Part shown: positions 12,704-27,637 of the stretch, piece by piece
Layout: each line of letters opens with the position of its first letter
Position numbering within the stretch: the stretch's first letter is position 1
Source: Trichinella spiralis
Taxonomy: Eukaryota
Length of the DNA: 64,000 bases
Direction: 5' to 3'
NCBI RefSeq assembly: GCF_000181795.1
Contig: NW_003526943.1
Coordinates: 9,036,849-9,100,848, forward strand
Position numbers and translations under genes: made by a program
The notes under the pieces: generated by a model
What the model was told of the DNA's origin: nothing
Databases searched by the model: none
Seen by the model: the letters and a program-made list of their open reading frames with translations, nothing else

Positions 12704-14810
12704 ACACGTGTTAAATATTTCATTAGAAAATATTATATATCAATTATTGAAATAGTATCTATATATATATTTATATGTAACATGTATACATCCTAAGCAA
12801 CTGTTTTATACTTTTATATGCCGTTGTTATTTCGTTGTTGTTATTTATTTTTCTTTGTAAATGGAAATTTAAATTTCCCTTTTTCAGGAAGAGCTACTCA
12901 ATTTAAACTTTGCAAAATGTACAAAATTTGAAATTATTTGTTAACTTTTTGTTTATTTCAAATGAAGTATTTGTTGTTGATGAAATGTTGTATTAATTGA
13001 ATTTGAATTTGGATTTAAATTATGATGCAAAATAATGAAGAGAGAAATTTTGTTGTAGTTATTAGTTGTATTTTGATACATGTATTATTAATAGAAATAA
13101 GAAATGAATATTGTTGCTCAGTTGATGGACAGCAAAATGCACCGACAGCAAAGATGTTGTTAGTTGATAAATTGCGAATAAAATAACGGAACAACGTCGA
13201 ACAACGAATGGTGATGTGGTGATATGTGACCAGTTAGTTAATTACACCAAATGTTGTCGTTAAATGAATAGGCGAGCTGAGAATTTCAGATTTAAACTTT
13301 ACTCCTCGAAACTGAAAATACTGGACTATTTATTCAAGCTGTTCTTACCTAATTCCAGTAACCGAAAGTTGTTTGTGTGGATTTGTTCAGAGAAAACTGA
13401 AAAAAATTCATATATATATTTATTTATTTATTTACGGAATAAAATGAAATAAATTCATATTATCTATTGGATCTGAGCTAAGTGCTACATTTAAATGTAA
13501 ATTGTATTTGTGATTTGTTCAACGTATTTGCTGCACAAATGCTCGAATGGGAAAAACTCACAATGAAGCAAAAGCTTTTTTTAATCATAAAAATGCGCAC
13601 ACATATTTATATTTATATTATATATACATACACACTGATAAGAAAAAGAATAAATTCGATTGCTATTGAGTTGTAATTAAATCTGTTCAAGTGTTATTAT
13701 TATTTCACTTGAATTTTCATTCATTGCATGGTCAGTGGAGTTCAGTCGATTGCCGATGAATAATAATAATCACATTCTCTTTTCAATATATTATAAGCAG
13801 TAAGTAAATTTTCGATGATTAATGTTCGAACGTATAGTGCGTTTGTTTCAAATGAAGTGTAAAATATGTTGCAGTCAATTGAATTGTAATAAAATTGAGA
13901 AAAAAGTAAAAATAATTGCTAAATTCAACTTTTTTGAAATATGCGGAAAAAATATTTTTATAACTGCAAAAATTATTTACTTTATTTATTTACTGTTGTG
14001 ATTTTGTTTTATTTGAATAATAAATTAGAAGAAAAAAGGATTTTTTACTCGAGTGTAAAATCTTATCTTCATTTCTAATCTAAACAGTTCAATTGAATTG
14101 TTGAATAGATTTTAAATTGTTTGTATATTATTAATTATTGAAATTCAAGATGAATTTTTTAAATTATTTTTTTCATTATAAAATTTGCACTTGAAAATAT
14201 TTTTAAAAAAGCAAAATTGAACCTATTTTACAGTATGACGTACTAGTGACTAGTAGTAATTGGTTTTGTTATTTCTTTATTCATTGTTGAAACAAAACTT
14301 TCATTTCATTCATCCGCTGACGTTCATTTCGATGACTCTATTTTATCCTTTTTAATAATGATGATAAAGTAATTAAGTAATAAGATAAAGATGAAATTTC
14401 ATTTGCCTTTATTTGTACAGGATGCTTCCTAACGTTCAACGTTTCTGAATTCAAATTTCAAATTAGAACAGACAAACGCAACAATTAAATTGAAACACTG
14501 CAGCTGTTGAAATTGGTTTGTTTATTTGCATTGAACAACACAACAACCCAATTGAGCTTTTTCATTAAACGGATTCTTGTTGTTCGTTCATCGTGCAACA
14601 ACAATAGTTTTCTTTCATTCTGCTTTTCTTTCTGCTTTCATTCGCAACATTTTCAAGTGAAATCAACCATTCAAAATTGAAACAAAAGTGAAACAGTTTC
14701 AAACAGATCTGTTTTTTGTGTATTTCAAAAGTAAACGATGAATAGATATTGCTTTTATCTAGATAAGTGGGTGAAAATGCCCAAAAAATAACTTTTTTGT
14801 TCTCTTTTGT

Positions 14811-17800
14811 TCACTTTTCAGCCAAGTCGAGCTTGGCTATTGTTACGTGGTTGTTTGCGCTTGATTTTGTGGAATTGAGCTTTTGCACTTCGTACTTGGT
14901 CATCGTGTAGCTGTCTTTGGAACGCCTGGTCGACAGCATCATTTCAGATTCAGGATCTATTTGAGTCATTGTGGTGTTGGTGTAGTTTTTCAAATTATAC
15001 ATCAGAGAATGGGCTTTACTAAATTTGCTGACGGTGAAGAGGCGTTTGATTTTCGATCTGAAATTGCTACTGGAGACGCAATAGACGGCGAAGTTGATCG
15101 CCTTGCCGCAGACCACCAGTATGTTCGACACGGCCACGGCCGTGTAGAACCAATCCGGTCTGCTGTTGTTGGAGGCATTCATTTGCATCGACTCCCAAAC
15201 GTACAGTACTCCGGACGGAGTTTGGCAAATCAGAAATGTACCAATGATGCTGACCACGATCAACGTCACCCGCAGCTCTATGATCCTGGACGGACTGACA
15301 TTTGCCACCATTTGTGACATTTTTCTGCCTTGGCGCAGATAGTAAAGCAGTAACGAATTGAGTACGACGAGCAAAATTAGCGGCACTGTACACGTCAAAT
15401 GGGGAGCGACTTTCAGTGAGACGCTGACGTATTGGTGAACCGTCGGATGCACGGTTTCATTGATTGGCTTCAACATCAGCAGCGTCTGCGTTTTGTTGCA
15501 CCGGTTCACTGTGATTTCGGTTGGCGTCAACCAGAAAAATATATAACTGACTGACACAAACGAAGCAACGTAGATGAATGTGATTAAACTTATCAAGTGC
15601 CATTTTTTGAAAAATAATTTTGCATGAAGAGGCTTTCGAATTGCCAAAAGTCTTTCAAAAGTGACCGCAATAGCCAACCTGAAATATTATTTCAGTTTTT
15701 TTTTCTGATTTATGTTATGAATTTTTTAGTGTGTGTGCGTGCGTGTGGGGGTGTGGAGATTTTTGTACTGCACATAAATATTCAAAATTAATCAAAATAT
15801 CATTTATAAACTTTAAAATAAGAATGAAAGCTTATACTGCTGTGTGAAATTTTAAACAGAGGATTAGAGTAAGAAATTCGAATTCCAACAACTAAACTTT
15901 CTTTGCTTTCATATTTTAAATAGCAGTCAAATCTTATGAACATTTTCCACATGATACGTGATTGAATAATTATTTCATCTTCAGTTCAATATGAAATGTG
16001 TATTGACATGAATAACTTTGAAATTGAAGCCTCTTAACACGATATGGTGCAATAATGCAATCAATACACACACACACACACCAAATCGAACAACTGCAAA
16101 GCAACAGCAAAATTGATGGTGACAACTGTAAACAATAATTAGAATAAATTCTTTAAAATTATATTATTTGCATAACCGTCTGTATACAAATAATGCTGAA
16201 AAAGTCTAGCTTTGCTATTTGACAAGCTGTACGAGAGGTATATGATTAATTTATTTTTTCATCAAATTGCAATCAAAGAAGCTAAATTACAGCTTAAACC
16301 CTTGTTGATAGAAGATGTAAAAATATCCGATTATTGATGTCGCTCATTCCCAAGTCATTGCAAAGCTGCAGAACACGAGCTGAGCTTAAAGTTAAGTCAA
16401 CATTTTCCCACTTGACCATTTTTAAATTAAAAATAGCATCTCAAAATGAATACAATAAAAATGATTGATAATAATGGTGAGAAAAAGAATTTTTATTATT
16501 GCAGTAATAAATAAATTTTTGTTTACAAGAAATTTTTTTTTATTATTTTAATAATTCAAGTAACCATGCTAATTATGAAACAACATTTTAATTATGAAAA
16601 TTTTTTAAATACATGCCAGGCACAGTCTTCACTTGTATTTGTCATATGCACAGCTGCAACTGTGATTGCTGAAAATGCACAATCTTAATGAATTTATTTT
16701 GTCACTGAAAAATTGGGATTTGTCAAGATTAAATTATTAAACATGATTTTCTAATTGAAAAATTGAAAAGTGATGGATAATTAATAAAAATGAATAGAAC
16801 ATAATAAATTTATTTATATGATATAGCAAACATTTGTAATTAAAAATGACAAAAAATTAAAAATATAATGAATATTACGATTTTGATGTTAAAATTTGTT
16901 ATTAAATGTGCAAATTGCTAAATTTACAAATAATTGTCATATTTTGCATATTATTTGCGTCTTATTTATTAAATTGAAGGTAAATTTTATTTTGTAAAAT
17001 AAAGAAAATTGACAAATATAAAATGCAAACTGCATTGATAAGAAGTGAAACTAATTTTTTATCAAATAGACAAGAAGAAGAAGGGAAAAGGCAAGAGGTA
17101 ATGAAAATTTCCAACCAAAGTGAAATCGCTTTCTTCCATTTCAGTATTTCAGTTTAATTTGCCATTTAAATCCAATTTCGTCCAAGCTTGTACGTAGAGA
17201 ATGTTGGTTCTTAGAATGATTAATTAGCAAATAAGCACATGCTCAACGTAAATCTGAGATTTCAATTAATGCTCTCTCTGGCTCTATTCAACAACAACCA
17301 TATATTATTATCGAACATGTTGCATGAGCAAAGCCATCAAAATTTGAACATTATAATTATTATTACTTATTATTTATTTCCTTCAAAACTTTTACAATTT
17401 TATAATAACTTCACACAGGGGAACAAATGATGCAGTTGTCAAACATATTAACAAAACAGCAACTTACTGATGTTTACAGAAATAATTATAATATAAAATA
17501 AAAAAAAACTTTTACATTGAATAATTTAAAAGTAAATTGTAAAATTTAAAGATATGAATTAATTAAATGAGTAACGAATGTAATCCACGTACTAAATTGC
17601 AAAATTGAAAATTGTTCATATTTTTGTAATATTTTAAATTTATCTCTTCAAGAGCACTTTTTGTTTCAAATTTATTTAACAATCACTTTAAAATATTATT
17701 ATTATTCAAAAGAAGTTTGTTTAATGACAGAAAAAGTAATTTATTTTACATTTGAAATCTTTATTCAACATAATTCAATATGGGATTTAAGAGTTGCCAC

Positions 17801-18721
17801 AACGTAAGCCATTAAAATTTAATAATGCATTATGAAAAAATTCAAAAAAGTAAATTCTACATTGATTCATTTGACATATTACTTTCTATTTTTTATTTTT
17901 TGGGAAAAAAGTGAAAAAATAATTGTTGCTCGTAAAATATTATCAAATTTAGGCAACAACATCATTGGGAAAACTAGGATTGGAGGAAGGGGATTCGGAT
18001 ACCGTTGAGCAAGTGAATTTCAATTCAATAAACTGCATGCTAATTTCTTAATCTGTTGCCCATATTTGACAAATATAAATGAATAAAAATCAGTAAATAA
18101 ATTTTACGAACAACGAAAGTTTAAAAAATGCTTTTCATTCTTTACTTTTTAAGTTGAATTAATTAATGAATATAGTGAAAGAGACATTTTGACATCCTTC
18201 AATAAAAAGAGGAGAAAAGAATAAAAATGAGAGAGGAATTTTTCAGCAGACATTTATAAATTATTGCGCAATAATAAATAAACAGATAAAAATAAAAAAG
18301 AGGAAGACTCGGGAAATTTCAGAGTTTCAGCTAATAATAAAGGGAAAAGGAAAATTAAAATTAAAAATGAATAACTTGCTTACCAAATTGAAGCCACTGA
18401 GAACCAATTTGCCAAAGCAGTCAGGGGCATTTTTGATTGTATATAGAAGACCATGAACGAATGAAGCTTGTTCAGAGCCGAAAATGAAATCATATGGTTC
18501 GGTAAAACGCAAAAGAAGAAGCAGAGATCGGCCACGGCCATTGCAATCAAAAAGTAGCTTGTCTTTGTTGTTACTGCAGCCGCTTTCAAAGCCAAAAGTA
18601 TCAGCATGTTGCCAATAACGCCAACAACGAAAACAATTGGAAATACAAATCTTCCAATGACAACTGAAGCAAATGGTACAACAGACAAATAATTCAAAGT
18701 GCACGAAGAATCCACTTCCAT
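14811..18721 (-). CDS. Class A GPCR, paralogue of the nested receptor, 401 aa; exons 18721-18384 and 15678-14811
   Basis: [71 protein letters not shown]. Same phase-2 intron in the Trp codon; exons total 1206 nt. Confidence 0.9.
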
Positions 18722-21700
18722 TTTTCAAATTCTTCTTGTTTGTGAAAATTGCAAAATATTATTTCAGTTTTTATGCAAATTTATAAAAGATGAAAAGCAT
18801 GTTCAAAAAGGTGAATACTTTTTCAAGAAAATTTCCAAACGGAAATGAGAATACGTGACGCACACTTGCCAGACATTAATTTATGAATGCATGCGTACAT
18901 TCGACAACAAAGAACAACAACGATAATAAAATAAATATGAATATGAATAATATAGTAATAATATCAACAATTAATTGTCTCCAATAGTCAGTCAGTATGG
19001 TAGTTCTTTGCAGACGTCGTCCAACCAGAAAGAAGCATGGAATTTTCACTTCTTCCTCTTTCTCTCTTGCTAGTCGCCCTGTCGTCACCAAGCTTCAAGC
19101 TTTATTGCTAATATTGTTTGCCTGCTGCCATCAAAACGCTGACAGCCAATCCAAAAGAAAAAGCTCCGCTTCAAAACTTGCGTAAATACAACAGATCTAG
19201 CCTGAATATTTAAAATTTTGATTTTAAAAAGATTTTTTTAAATATTTTGTTTGCTGGTGCAATTTTGTGCAAACTGAAATGTACCGTATATATATATATA
19301 TATGTATGTATTCAGCTTCTTCTGTTGCTTCTGTTTTGTCGCAACGCTTTATAATGCTAGTTGGCGAAAAATGTACAACCGTTTTGTGGTGTTGCTTATT
19401 TATTTAGCTGCAATATGATTTATTAATTTATTTCAATATTGCACTTCATTTGTTCGCTTCTTGTAATGTCGTTTCAGTAAATTTTGCAGTTTTATCAACG
19501 TATATTCGCACGTTCAGTTTGGACAAACAATTCAACAATTACGTAATTATACTAGACAATTTTGAAAAATAATCCTGAAATTAAAGAAAAAATAACAATG
19601 TTTATCGTAGGTAGCAGAAAAATTGCCAAAAGCGAAATGTTCAGCATTAATTAAATAAGCATAAGCTTTTATAAAAGTTGTACTCTTGCAAATCTAAAGA
19701 AAATAAACAAATAAGAAAACTTCCACTAGTAAAACAGTTGTTTAACAGCGTCATCGACAAAACTAACAATAATGCAAATGACCGAATAAAACAATATGCA
19801 AAGGAATGTTTTGTACAATACAATCTTTTTATTAAAACCATATTTCAACCTAATAATTTGCACTACAAACCTATAGGAAGGAATTTTCGTATAAAATATT
19901 TAAAAAATTTGTAAATCTTATTTCCAAATTAAGTTACATAAAATGGGTTTACTTTTTTATCTTAGAAAAATAATATATTTATATTTTTAAATAATAATAA
20001 CAGTTAGCAAAACAACAACGGCTATATGGTCGATTTAAACGACTTTGATTAAATATTTTTATTTATGAAATAGCAAAGCAAAAAAACATAATACCTTAAC
20101 ATACTGAACAAAATTTTTAATGAAAATCAATATTCTGCATTATGCAGATAAATATTCAACGTATCGACAACATTTACCTTACATGTTTTTTACAATTTTT
20201 CTAGTAAACACAACGTGGCGAAATTGTTAATTTTAATGTTTTTCAACTTATAACGTCGTAAAAAAGTATTATTTCACGGTACTATTATTGTTTAATAATA
20301 TTCAATAATAAGGAAATATTAATAATAAAGATAAAATAAAAGTATTTTTATTAAAAGAAATTAAATGCATATTTTCAAAAATAGCACTAAGCAATTTTTC
20401 CACTACCATAATGCGTTTGATCAATCCGTTTGAATTTATTTAAGAAATAATATTAAGTGAACATATTGTAGTAAAATATTCAAAAATTTCCTCGTACAGT
20501 AATAATTAATATATTAATTTTTTATTTGTCTATTTCTATCTTTTATGAAAATTTTTCATACTTATTATCATGTAAAAAATTAAATCCATCCTTTGTAGAA
20601 TATTCAAAAATTTTATTCCAACAAGCTTTCAGAGTTTCCAGTCAGGTGTGAATCTTCAGACCCTGATGATGATCAGATTAATAATCCGTGGAGTGTGTAA
20701 TCGATAATAACAAATCAATGCCAAATAACATCACATGCAACATACACAAACGCACCAAAATTTACTAGTCAACCCTCTCTCTCCCTCTCTCTTTAATCCT
20801 TAATCAATTTCCTGATCTAATTCACATTCAGAATATTCAGACTTTCAAAATATATGAGAGAAATGAAACTGGTCACTAATTTCTGTACTAAATAAATTCA
20901 CAATTCATACTTTATAATTTGCATACATGAATGCAAAAAGAATAACTTGAATTATTTAGTCAAGTAATAAAAGCTGTATCAAAATTGGTAAAATGTAGAA
21001 ATATCAAAAATAAAATTTAAAAATAAAAAATCATACTATATACTTTTATTTTTTGAATAATTCACTTAATTAACTAAATATCTATGAATTTATTGTCTGA
21101 ATAATTTTAAAATTGGTTTCAAAATATTTGCATAACAAGTATTTCTTTTTAACTTTGAACACACTTGAAGAACATATAAATTTATAATAATGGAACACTG
21201 AATACAAATGAATAATATAAATCTTTTTTAATTTTTCCTTTATTTGCTTTAGGCAAGCAATGACAAGATAAGAGAATGAAAACATAATAGAAAAATACTT
21301 TTATTTAATTGAATAATGAAAAGAAAATAATAATAATATCAATGACATATGCTTTTTTAATTTAAGTTTAATTAATTTAAATAAAATTTATTTGAGCATT
21401 TTTCATTGCAGACATGTGAACATCTCTAGACATGATGTAATAGACAGACAAATAAACATAATTTTATAAATATGGAAAAAATTATGTTTTTCTTTTAATT
21501 TTATAAAAGTTACAAATAAATTGGTTTGAAGACTGGGTATAATTTTTAGGAATTTTATGAAGAGGCAAATGAAAAAAATTAATTTCAAAATGCAGAAAGA
21601 TTCTTAATAAATAATAATAATAATTTTAAATATTTTTTTTTAATTTTGTTCAATTTAACGCCGTGAACAGTTTTGCTTTTGAGATTTTTTTAAAATAAAA

Positions 21701-24700
21701 CTGAATTGATAAAGCAAAGTTTTTCCCATTATTGCAGAAATATAAAAGCAACATAACGAAGTGATGCAAAATGTTTCAAATGATGTTAAAAAGAAACTTC
21801 CCATCTCTAGTTTTACAAAAATTGATCGCTTTTTAAAGCATGCTGCTTTTAAAAATTTATATTTCAATCACTCAATTACTTTATTAATTAATTTAAAATA
21901 TCATAAATCATTCGCCAACTTTTATGATAATCTTTTATTAGACATTATGCATTCACTGTTTCGAAGATAATTATTATTTACTGTTTTGTGGGATAATTTT
22001 TGATACACTTGCACATGTAATATCCATATCTACAGATGCAAAAATATTTCAGAAAATTCACCACTGCAACATGCGTGCTTTTCATTGATTATTCTTACTG
22101 ATTTCATAGAAATTGAATTATAGAATGCATTTTCAAAAATTTACAATTTTTCCATCATCAACCAATAAATAAATACATATTTCAAAAATACAACAAATCA
22201 ATTTCTTTAAAATAAAGATGCTCAAGTTTTGAATATTGAATAACGAAGAGAAAATATTGAAAATTTCGTTTCATCTCTTTCAAGGCTAAAATGCTAAAGT
22301 TGCTGCAAGTGTCGTCAGTATTCAAGCTGTTTATGCAGCAAATTCATAGCAAACAATACAATGCAATACAATACATTACAATACAATTTAAACATTTGCT
22401 CAGAACCGATTAAGCAAACTAAGCAGATCAATGGCTCACGTGTGACGTTTGAAATGTAATAATTTTTTCTACAGATCAAACAAAAATAAAATAATTTTCC
22501 TTTAGCAAAAAATAAACGAACTGATGAATAATTTATTAAGTAGATGGAAATTTTATTATCATATACATTTCATGTACAACTTATTTGATAAATTCTATTA
22601 ATTATTTTTTAATTTAACTGTTACAGATTAACGCAAAATGCTGATCTACTCTCTTACATTGAGGCTATTTTCTTTTTATTCAGCTATTATCTATCATCTA
22701 GATATTTTTCACAATTTTTTTCATTTATTATAAAGATAATAATTACAATTACATTTACAATAAAAATTATTTACTATAAGCAGATAAACACAAAAATAGA
22801 CAACAGCAAGTTATAAAATGAAAAAAAATTTAATTTGCGAAAAGTATCAGTAAACAATAATTCATTTGCATCATTTCATGCGCTGCCGTATGTGAGAAAT
22901 AAACAATGATGCAAACACTGTTGATGCTTACATGAAAAAGTAGAAAAGAAACATTACACTGCTAGCAGTTGAAAATGAAAAAATACACTTTAATATAATA
23001 AATAAAATATAACAAATTTATTTCGCTTTTTTATATATGCAATGTATATATATATTCTATTATTACAGACAATTATTTAAAATTTAGCTAAAAGTAATTG
23101 CAAATATATTGCATAATTTTAAAAAGCTTATTAATTATTGATTGAATTAATTGAATCTGCAAATATTTCGTGTCAAAAAAGAGCACTGAAAAAACATAAA
23201 TTGTAATATTTGAATATACAAAATAAAAGTTGAATTTGTAAAAAAAATGAAAATTTATCATTTCATTGTTTTGTTGAATTAAAATATATTAATTAATATA
23301 CATAAATATATGTTTATAAGAACAATATCTGTACATATTTGTTGTTAATGATGAGGAACATGTGATACTGATTCACTTGAATCATCACTTTTTAAGTGGA
23401 TTAGTAAGATTAAAATAAGTAACTTTATGCTATTAAAAAAAGTGTTTTACTCAAACCAATAAATAATATCTATCATTTCAATTCATTTTAACCAAATTTG
23501 AAATTGCAATAATTCTGCAATTTTGATAATAGGAAAATTGCATCTCATCGTTTTCCGTTTGGATCATTTGAAGAAATCCTCCGGGAAATTTTTTATTTCA
23601 AAACGATTTAGCAGTATTTATTTAACAAAATGAACTGTGTGAAATTTATTTTGCAACTTGAATTCGATAATAACAAGATTATGAATTTTTTTTTGCCTTT
23701 TTTTTGATATAAAATATTTGTGCCCAAGTAAAAGTAGCTCGCAAAAAATTAATTACCACTGTGAATTTTTATATGGGTTATTTTTCAATATTTAATTTTT
23801 TTTGCTTAAATTCTGCAACTGTTGCGAATTGCTTCATAAATGAAAATCATGAAAAGAGAAAGTTTTTAATTTAATACTGCACAAGTGATCATTTTAACAG
23901 CATTATTAATTTATAATAGCAATAACAGGAATGATTTCATTTTAAATTTTAAACAACTTCATATTGTACATCATTTTTATTTGTCATTTTTTTAATTTAT
24001 TAAATTTTCTAAAGTGAACAGCAATCAAACGAATGGTGCGGGAAAATAGTCAGAGAACGACAAGCAATTTATTTCTCGCAGTTGAAAGAGAAATTAAAAG
24101 TAGAAATTGATTTCAGCAAAGAATGCTCACAGGGACGACAATTTATGTACATTAAAAAGCAAAATAATAAACTGGAAAATAAAATTTCCTAGAAATTATA
24201 TTGATTTCCAAGAAGATTCCAATTTAATTAAAACGTACACTTGCAACAAGCAGCACTTTTTACAAATTTCCTGTTGTTTTAGAACAATGATATTTTGTGC
24301 TTTTTGCTAGCTTCGTAGATGTGCAACTTTTTTTGACGAATAATAATGCAATATGATAAATTTATTGATATCAAAAGAAAACAAACTATCGATTTATAAT
24401 TTTTTTGATCAAGTTCAGAGATATTGTTGCATTGGAACAAATGAAAGTCGTTTTCATTGTCAAATATTGAAAATAATATTTTGCTATGTTCAAAAATTTT
24501 GAAAATGATAAACAACTTGAGCTTTTAATAATACATTGACATTCGCTTGATTTTAATTTCAATTTAAGGCACTCAGATAGAAAATTTTCATTTTTATTTT
24601 TTTTCTATTTTAACAAGTAATTTCATTCATTTTTGTGTAGTACTGAATGAAAATTGAATGCACTTAGTATTTTCAAGTATTCTATTTTTGTTTTTAACTG

Positions 24701-26886
24701 ATCGCTGTGCTGTACTTGAATGAAGTCAATTTCAACTATTTGCACTGAGAAAAACTGAATTTATTGATTTAATTAAATGAAGAAATGATTTTTCATGTCT
24801 TTTTTTATCACATTTTATTTTAAATGTTATTACTAGAAGAACCAAAATTGCACTGCACATTTATAAAAATTGAAATAAATACAAAAATTTGTTCAAATCT
24901 CTTACACAAAAAATATATAAATAAATATCAGTTTAAAAATGTAAATTTCATGAAATACATTTAACTGTTTTAAACTACTTCATGCATACTTTATACGTGC
25001 TTAAACTGTACTTTATGCAAATAAAAATTTAGATAAATGCGAAATCAATTTTATTAAAAAATTAAAACTTAATTAATAGCGATGATTACTTAATTTATGC
25101 AAAATAATATAATCCCAAATTGGTTTTCATTCGCACATATCATCAATTTCTTTCTGATGATTGCACAATTAAGTATCTATCTATAAGCATTGATTAGTTA
25201 ATTTAGTTTAATAAGCGTTTCAGTTCACACGCAAGTGTTAATACTGAAGAATAGATGAAAGAGAAGATGTTGGGAGCAAAAGCAGTCAGTGCTAGAACTG
25301 TTTTATGCATGCCAGTTGTTAGCGGTTGAGCAGTTAACTGGTAACGTTGCAGCAATCGCTGCTAAGTTAAGATTCATACAACATTGTTAAGTCAGAATCA
25401 AAACTTTACCATTCCTATATTAGCAAATAATTTATAAGAATATCAAGCTACAGTTTCATCAAAGTATTAGCTAAAATGGAGGCTTTATAGTTTTATCAAC
25501 TTTCTTTTTTCATGCGAATATGTTCAATTTGCATGCAGTAAGCTCAATAAAGTAAAAGTGAATGCAGTTATTTTTTCGTACTTTAATTTCTTTTATTCGC
25601 AAATTAAAAATTCAGAGTAGAAGATGCAAATGGCGAAAATGACTTTCACTGTTTTCAAACAACTAAAAGGCCCTGTTTCAATGTTAATCGTTTTCAATTT
25701 TTTTGAAATAAATATCACTTAATTTTATTTTAGATATACAATTTGAATAATTTTGATTTCTGCAATGGTTCTATGCTACTTGAATCTGTTTGCATTTCTT
25801 CATAAACCTGAGTAGTTATACAATTTTTTGATCTATAATGCTTTGAATAAAAATAAATTTTATAGCCATTGCAAAAGACTGAAATTGCTAAAGAAACTTG
25901 AGTTTATTTTAATTTATCTTTGCAACATTTGTTAGCAGTGTGCAGAAGTTTTAATACAATTATGTTGGACTTTTCATAAGTGCTTTATTTTGATATGCAT
26001 ATTACTTAAATTACTCCAGGAAAATAGTTGCGAGAAGTATAATATTGATGTGTAATCTATTTCATGAAATAGCATATGATATGCATTTAGAAATTTTTAT
26101 GCAGCATTTCAGCTTTTGACATGTTAATCATGATAATTTAATGTAGTCATATTTGTTTCTTTATTTATTGTATAAAACAATTATATATACATATATATGT
26201 ATTTGAATTGCTTGCATTTGAATTTGTACATGCTTAATAGAAATACAGAATTCTTTTAAATAGTATTAGATAGCTTGTATCAATTAAAATTGAACCAAGA
26301 TGGACATTTTTGTCGATAACCTAAAATGACCTTTTTCAACACGCTAACTGTTCTTTATAAATAATAAGAATGGACATTTATTTCAAGTATGCTCTTGTTC
26401 ACTTCAAATGCTTGCAGCATTTCCTGGTTTTGTGAATCTGCGTGTCTTCAGCATTAAACAATCTCAATTATTGTTATTATTATTATTATTATAGTCCACA
26501 TGCTGGACATTTTCTACAAACAATCCTGCTTTGCTGACAATTTATTATTTTCTACAACCTTGGACTGTAAATGGCCTCTTTGACACGCTGGTTCAAGTAT
26601 CTGAGTGCCTGAAAATGAACAGTGACATCGACAAGATTTCACTGCACTTTTATAATTGCTGCTTTGGGTCAAATCAGGGGATTGGCTGCTTAATGCTGAA
26701 AAGGACAATGATGGCGTTTTATCCATTAATTCAATGAATATTGGATATTAAAACATGCTCCTTTGTTGTCAGTAATTTCTGATTTATTTGACCTGTCAAG
26801 TTGACCATAACGGCAGCAAACACTGACACACAGTTTGGATAAGATTCAATTGCAACTGTTTGTATTTGCTTAGTGACATCAGTGGC

Positions 26887-27637
26887 ATGGAAGTTACCAA
26901 ATTTGGAAAAGAAACACTTTGCAATTCGGTTGCAATTAAGCAAGAACAAGCTGCTATAAAAACAAATCTCTTACCTGAATACTGTAGAGTTTTACGATTT
27001 ACCGGTAAATAATATTTTCTTTGCTTTCTTCTAAATGTTTACTTTGAATTTACTTAATTTTTTAAATCTTTTATAAACATTTGAAAAAAATTATTTATTA
27101 TCATCATTTAACTGTATAACTTTAGATTCTTCTGGAAAAGTTAAGGAATTGGTATTTCCAAGGGGTTTAGATCTGGATCGACCCAAAAGACCAAGAACTA
27201 CATTTTCCGAAAATCAGCTAGACATGCTTGAACAGACGTTCCAAAGAAATCAATACTTGATTGGTTCAGAAAGGGCAGAATTAGCCGTAAAACTTGGTCT
27301 GTCAGAAACACAGGTTTGAAATTTCAAATTCAAATTTTCACATTTTATGCAAAACTGAATGTTACAGGTAAAAGTATGGTTTCAAAATCGTCGGACAAAG
27401 TGCCGCAAAACGAAATCATCGAACAATCATTCTTCCCATTGCAAAAATGCGCTTTCTCAAGTGATTATGCCCATTCATCCGCAATATTTTCAACCATCAT
27501 TGAAATCGGAATCAGATTCTCATGCAAATTCCAACTGGAAAAATGCATCTCGGTTTTTTGATGCGCCCATTGCGACCCATTCATATTTATTACCATTTAT
27601 TGGAAATCCATCTTCTATAGATTTATTTCACTTATAA
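26887..27637 (+). CDS. vax: VAX-class homeobox transcription factor (ceh-5-like); exons 26887-27004, 27126-27313, 27368-27637
   Basis: Spliced: [86 protein letters not shown]. The pre-homeodomain YCR...[11 protein letters not shown] motif is characteristic of Vax. The true 5' end could lie further upstream. Confidence 0.88.

Noticed and set aside
14883..15393. ORFs 14883-15317 (+) and 15067-15393 (-)
   Set aside because: Antisense and alternate-frame shadows of the second GPCR
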